Source: Sandaracinaceae bacterium | Lineage (GTDB): Bacteria > Myxococcota_A > Polyangia > Polyangiales > Sandaracinaceae | Reading direction: 5' to 3' | Length of the DNA: 64,000 bases | Assembly: GCA_044220955.1 (NCBI GenBank) | Contig: JBGAQA010000011.1 | Coordinates: forward strand, 49,661-113,660 | Part shown: positions 62,701 to 64,000 of the stretch, piece after piece | How the letters are laid out: every line of letters begins with the position of its first letter | Position numbering within the stretch: the first letter of the stretch is position 1 | Notes under the pieces: model-generated | The model's database searches: none | Seen by the model: the letters and a program-made list of their open reading frames with translations, nothing else | Told to the model about the DNA's origin: nothing | Program-made: the position numbers and the translations under genes

Positions 62701-63495
62701 ATGGCAGGGCGATCCACTTGGAGCTCCCTCCGCGTCCGCAGGAAGCTGCGCGGCGCTGGGCCCTTCCTCCTGGCCGCGACCATCGTCGCGATGGTGCTCG
62801 GACCCAACGTCCCCGCCGTCGCCGATCAGGACGACGAGGCGATCGTCGAGGCCGCCCCGTCCGACGCCACGCCGCCCGCCGAGGTGCAGGTCGAGGTCGT
62901 CGTCGAGGAGCCCATCGCGCCGGACCCCGACGCGCTGGCCGCCGAACTCGGGCTCGGTACACGGCTGACGGCGCTGGGCGTGATGCGCCTGCGGCCGAAC
63001 CCGCGCCTCGTCGCAGCGGCCGAGGGCGAGGCGCCGACGCACATCCTCTGGCCGGTACCCGACGCGAACTTCGGCCGAGGCTTCGGCTACACGCGCGCGG
63101 GCCGCCCCGACCTGGCGCACCTGGGCGTCGACATGAACGCGCCGGCCGGCTCGCAGGTCGTCGCTGCCGCGGACGGGCTGGTCGTCTACGCGGGCGACGG
63201 CATCGACGGCTTCGGCAACTTCATCGTGATCGTCCACCCGAACGGGTGGGGCACGTCGTATGCGCACAACTCCGAGATGCAGGTCCGCGTGGGCCAGCAG
63301 GTCCGCCGCGGGGATCCGATCGCGCTCGTGGGCCAGACCGGTCTCGCGCACGGACCCCACGTGCACTTCGAGCTCTACGTGAACGGCGCGCCCACCGACC
63401 CGACGCCGCACTTCGAGGGCGGCCCGCCGCACGTCCAGCGCATGGCCGAGCACGCCGCCCTCGTGGCGCGCACCCACTCGCACCACCGCCGCTGA
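62701..63495 (+). CDS. Exported M23-family metallopeptidase
   Basis: HLGVD, AAADG.V.YAG, YAHN, GPHVHFE; N-terminal hydrophobic segment. Confidence 0.9.
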   Translation: MAGRSTWSSLRVRRKLRGAGPFLLAATIVAMVLGPNVPAVADQDDEAIVEAAPSDATPPAEVQVEVVVEEPIAPDPDALAAELGLGTRLTALGVMRLRPNPRLVAAAEGEAPTHILWPVPDANFGRGFGYTRAGRPDLAHLGVDMNAPAGSQVVAAADGLVVYAGDGIDGFGNFIVIVHPNGWGTSYAHNSEMQVRVGQQVRRGDPIALVGQTGLAHGPHVHFELYVNGAPTDPTPHFEGGPPHVQRMAEHAALVARTHSHHRR

Positions 63496-63511
63496 GCCGT
63501 CCGAGCTCGGG

Positions 63512-64000
63512 TCAGCTGGCCTCTGCGACGGCGCGGAGGAACACGTCGCCGTACGCGCCGAGGCGCGCCGGACCCATGCCGTGCACGGCGCCGAGCTCGA
63601 TGCGCGAGCGGGGCCGGGCGCGCGCGATCTCGATCAGCGTGCGGTCGTGGCAGACGACGTAGGGCGGGACGCCTTGCTTGTCCGCGAGCTCGCGTCGGAC
63701 GGCGCGGAGCCGCTCGAAGACGCCGAGCTCCGCGCCGGCGAGCGATCCGGTCGGCGCCTTGCCGCTCGCGCCCGCGCTGGCCGCCGCGCCGCCGGTGGCT
63801 GCGCCGCCGCCCGAGCCCGCCTTCCCGGCGCTACCGCCGTTCGCGCTGGACCCGGCCGCGCCCGAGCTTCCGCTCTTGCCCGCGTTGCCGCCGCTGCCCG
63901 ACGCGCCGCCCGTGCCGGTGCCGGACGCGCCCGCCTTGCCGCCGCTGCCGGCGCTACCCCCGTTGCCACCGGTCCCCACCGCGTCGGGGACGCAGTAGTT
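63512..64000 (-). CDS. 3' end of an HRDC-domain protein, probably a RecQ-family helicase (partial)
   Basis: Frame open to the window edge (NYCVPDAVG...), Gly/Ser/Ala linker, FERLRAVRRELA....VPPYVV.HDRTL.EIA..RP.....L..V.GMG......YG. Confidence 0.75.
   Translation of the reverse strand, partial: NYCVPDAVGTGGNGGSAGSGGKAGASGTGTGGASGSGGNAGKSGSSGAAGSSANGGSAGKAGSGGGAATGGAAASAGASGKAPTGSLAGAELGVFERLRAVRRELADKQGVPPYVVCHDRTLIEIARARPRSRIELGAVHGMGPARLGAYGDVFLRAVAEAS

Overview
A very GC-rich chromosomal segment. Its gene content (MYXO-CTERM tails, Ser/Thr kinase-PEGA module, FrgA-like protein, many Cys/Asp-rich lipoproteins) points by inference to a myxobacterium, probably Polyangia/Sandaracinaceae-like. 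Housekeeping genes are typA, a kamA-type radical SAM, rimK, an rluA-family gene, pcnB, a clpB-like gene, lrp-gltB-gltD, ltaE, a trmH-family gene, three tRNAs, uup and a RecQ-like 3' end. These are interleaved with many uncharacterised envelope proteins. I found no mobile element, prophage or CRISPR array. The best leads are: (1) an exported (GSPCC)x3 micro-protein, an ECF sigma with a shortened region 4 and a Cys-Cys-rich membrane partner, forming a candidate metal/thiol-sensing system; (2) an ORF end at bases 3-173, absent from the ORF track, with three [TS]DxDPxDPxGxG repeats; (3) a MarR-kinase-TPR/PEGA operon with three paralogous propeller lipoproteins; (4) tandem doubly anchored proteins with lytic-transglycosylase-like motifs; (5) a probable pseudokinase fused to a PhnD-like binding domain; (6) a ClpB paralogue with a degenerate first ATPase ring. 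All calls come from reading motifs by eye; no database searches were run. Several start codons were reassigned by eye.
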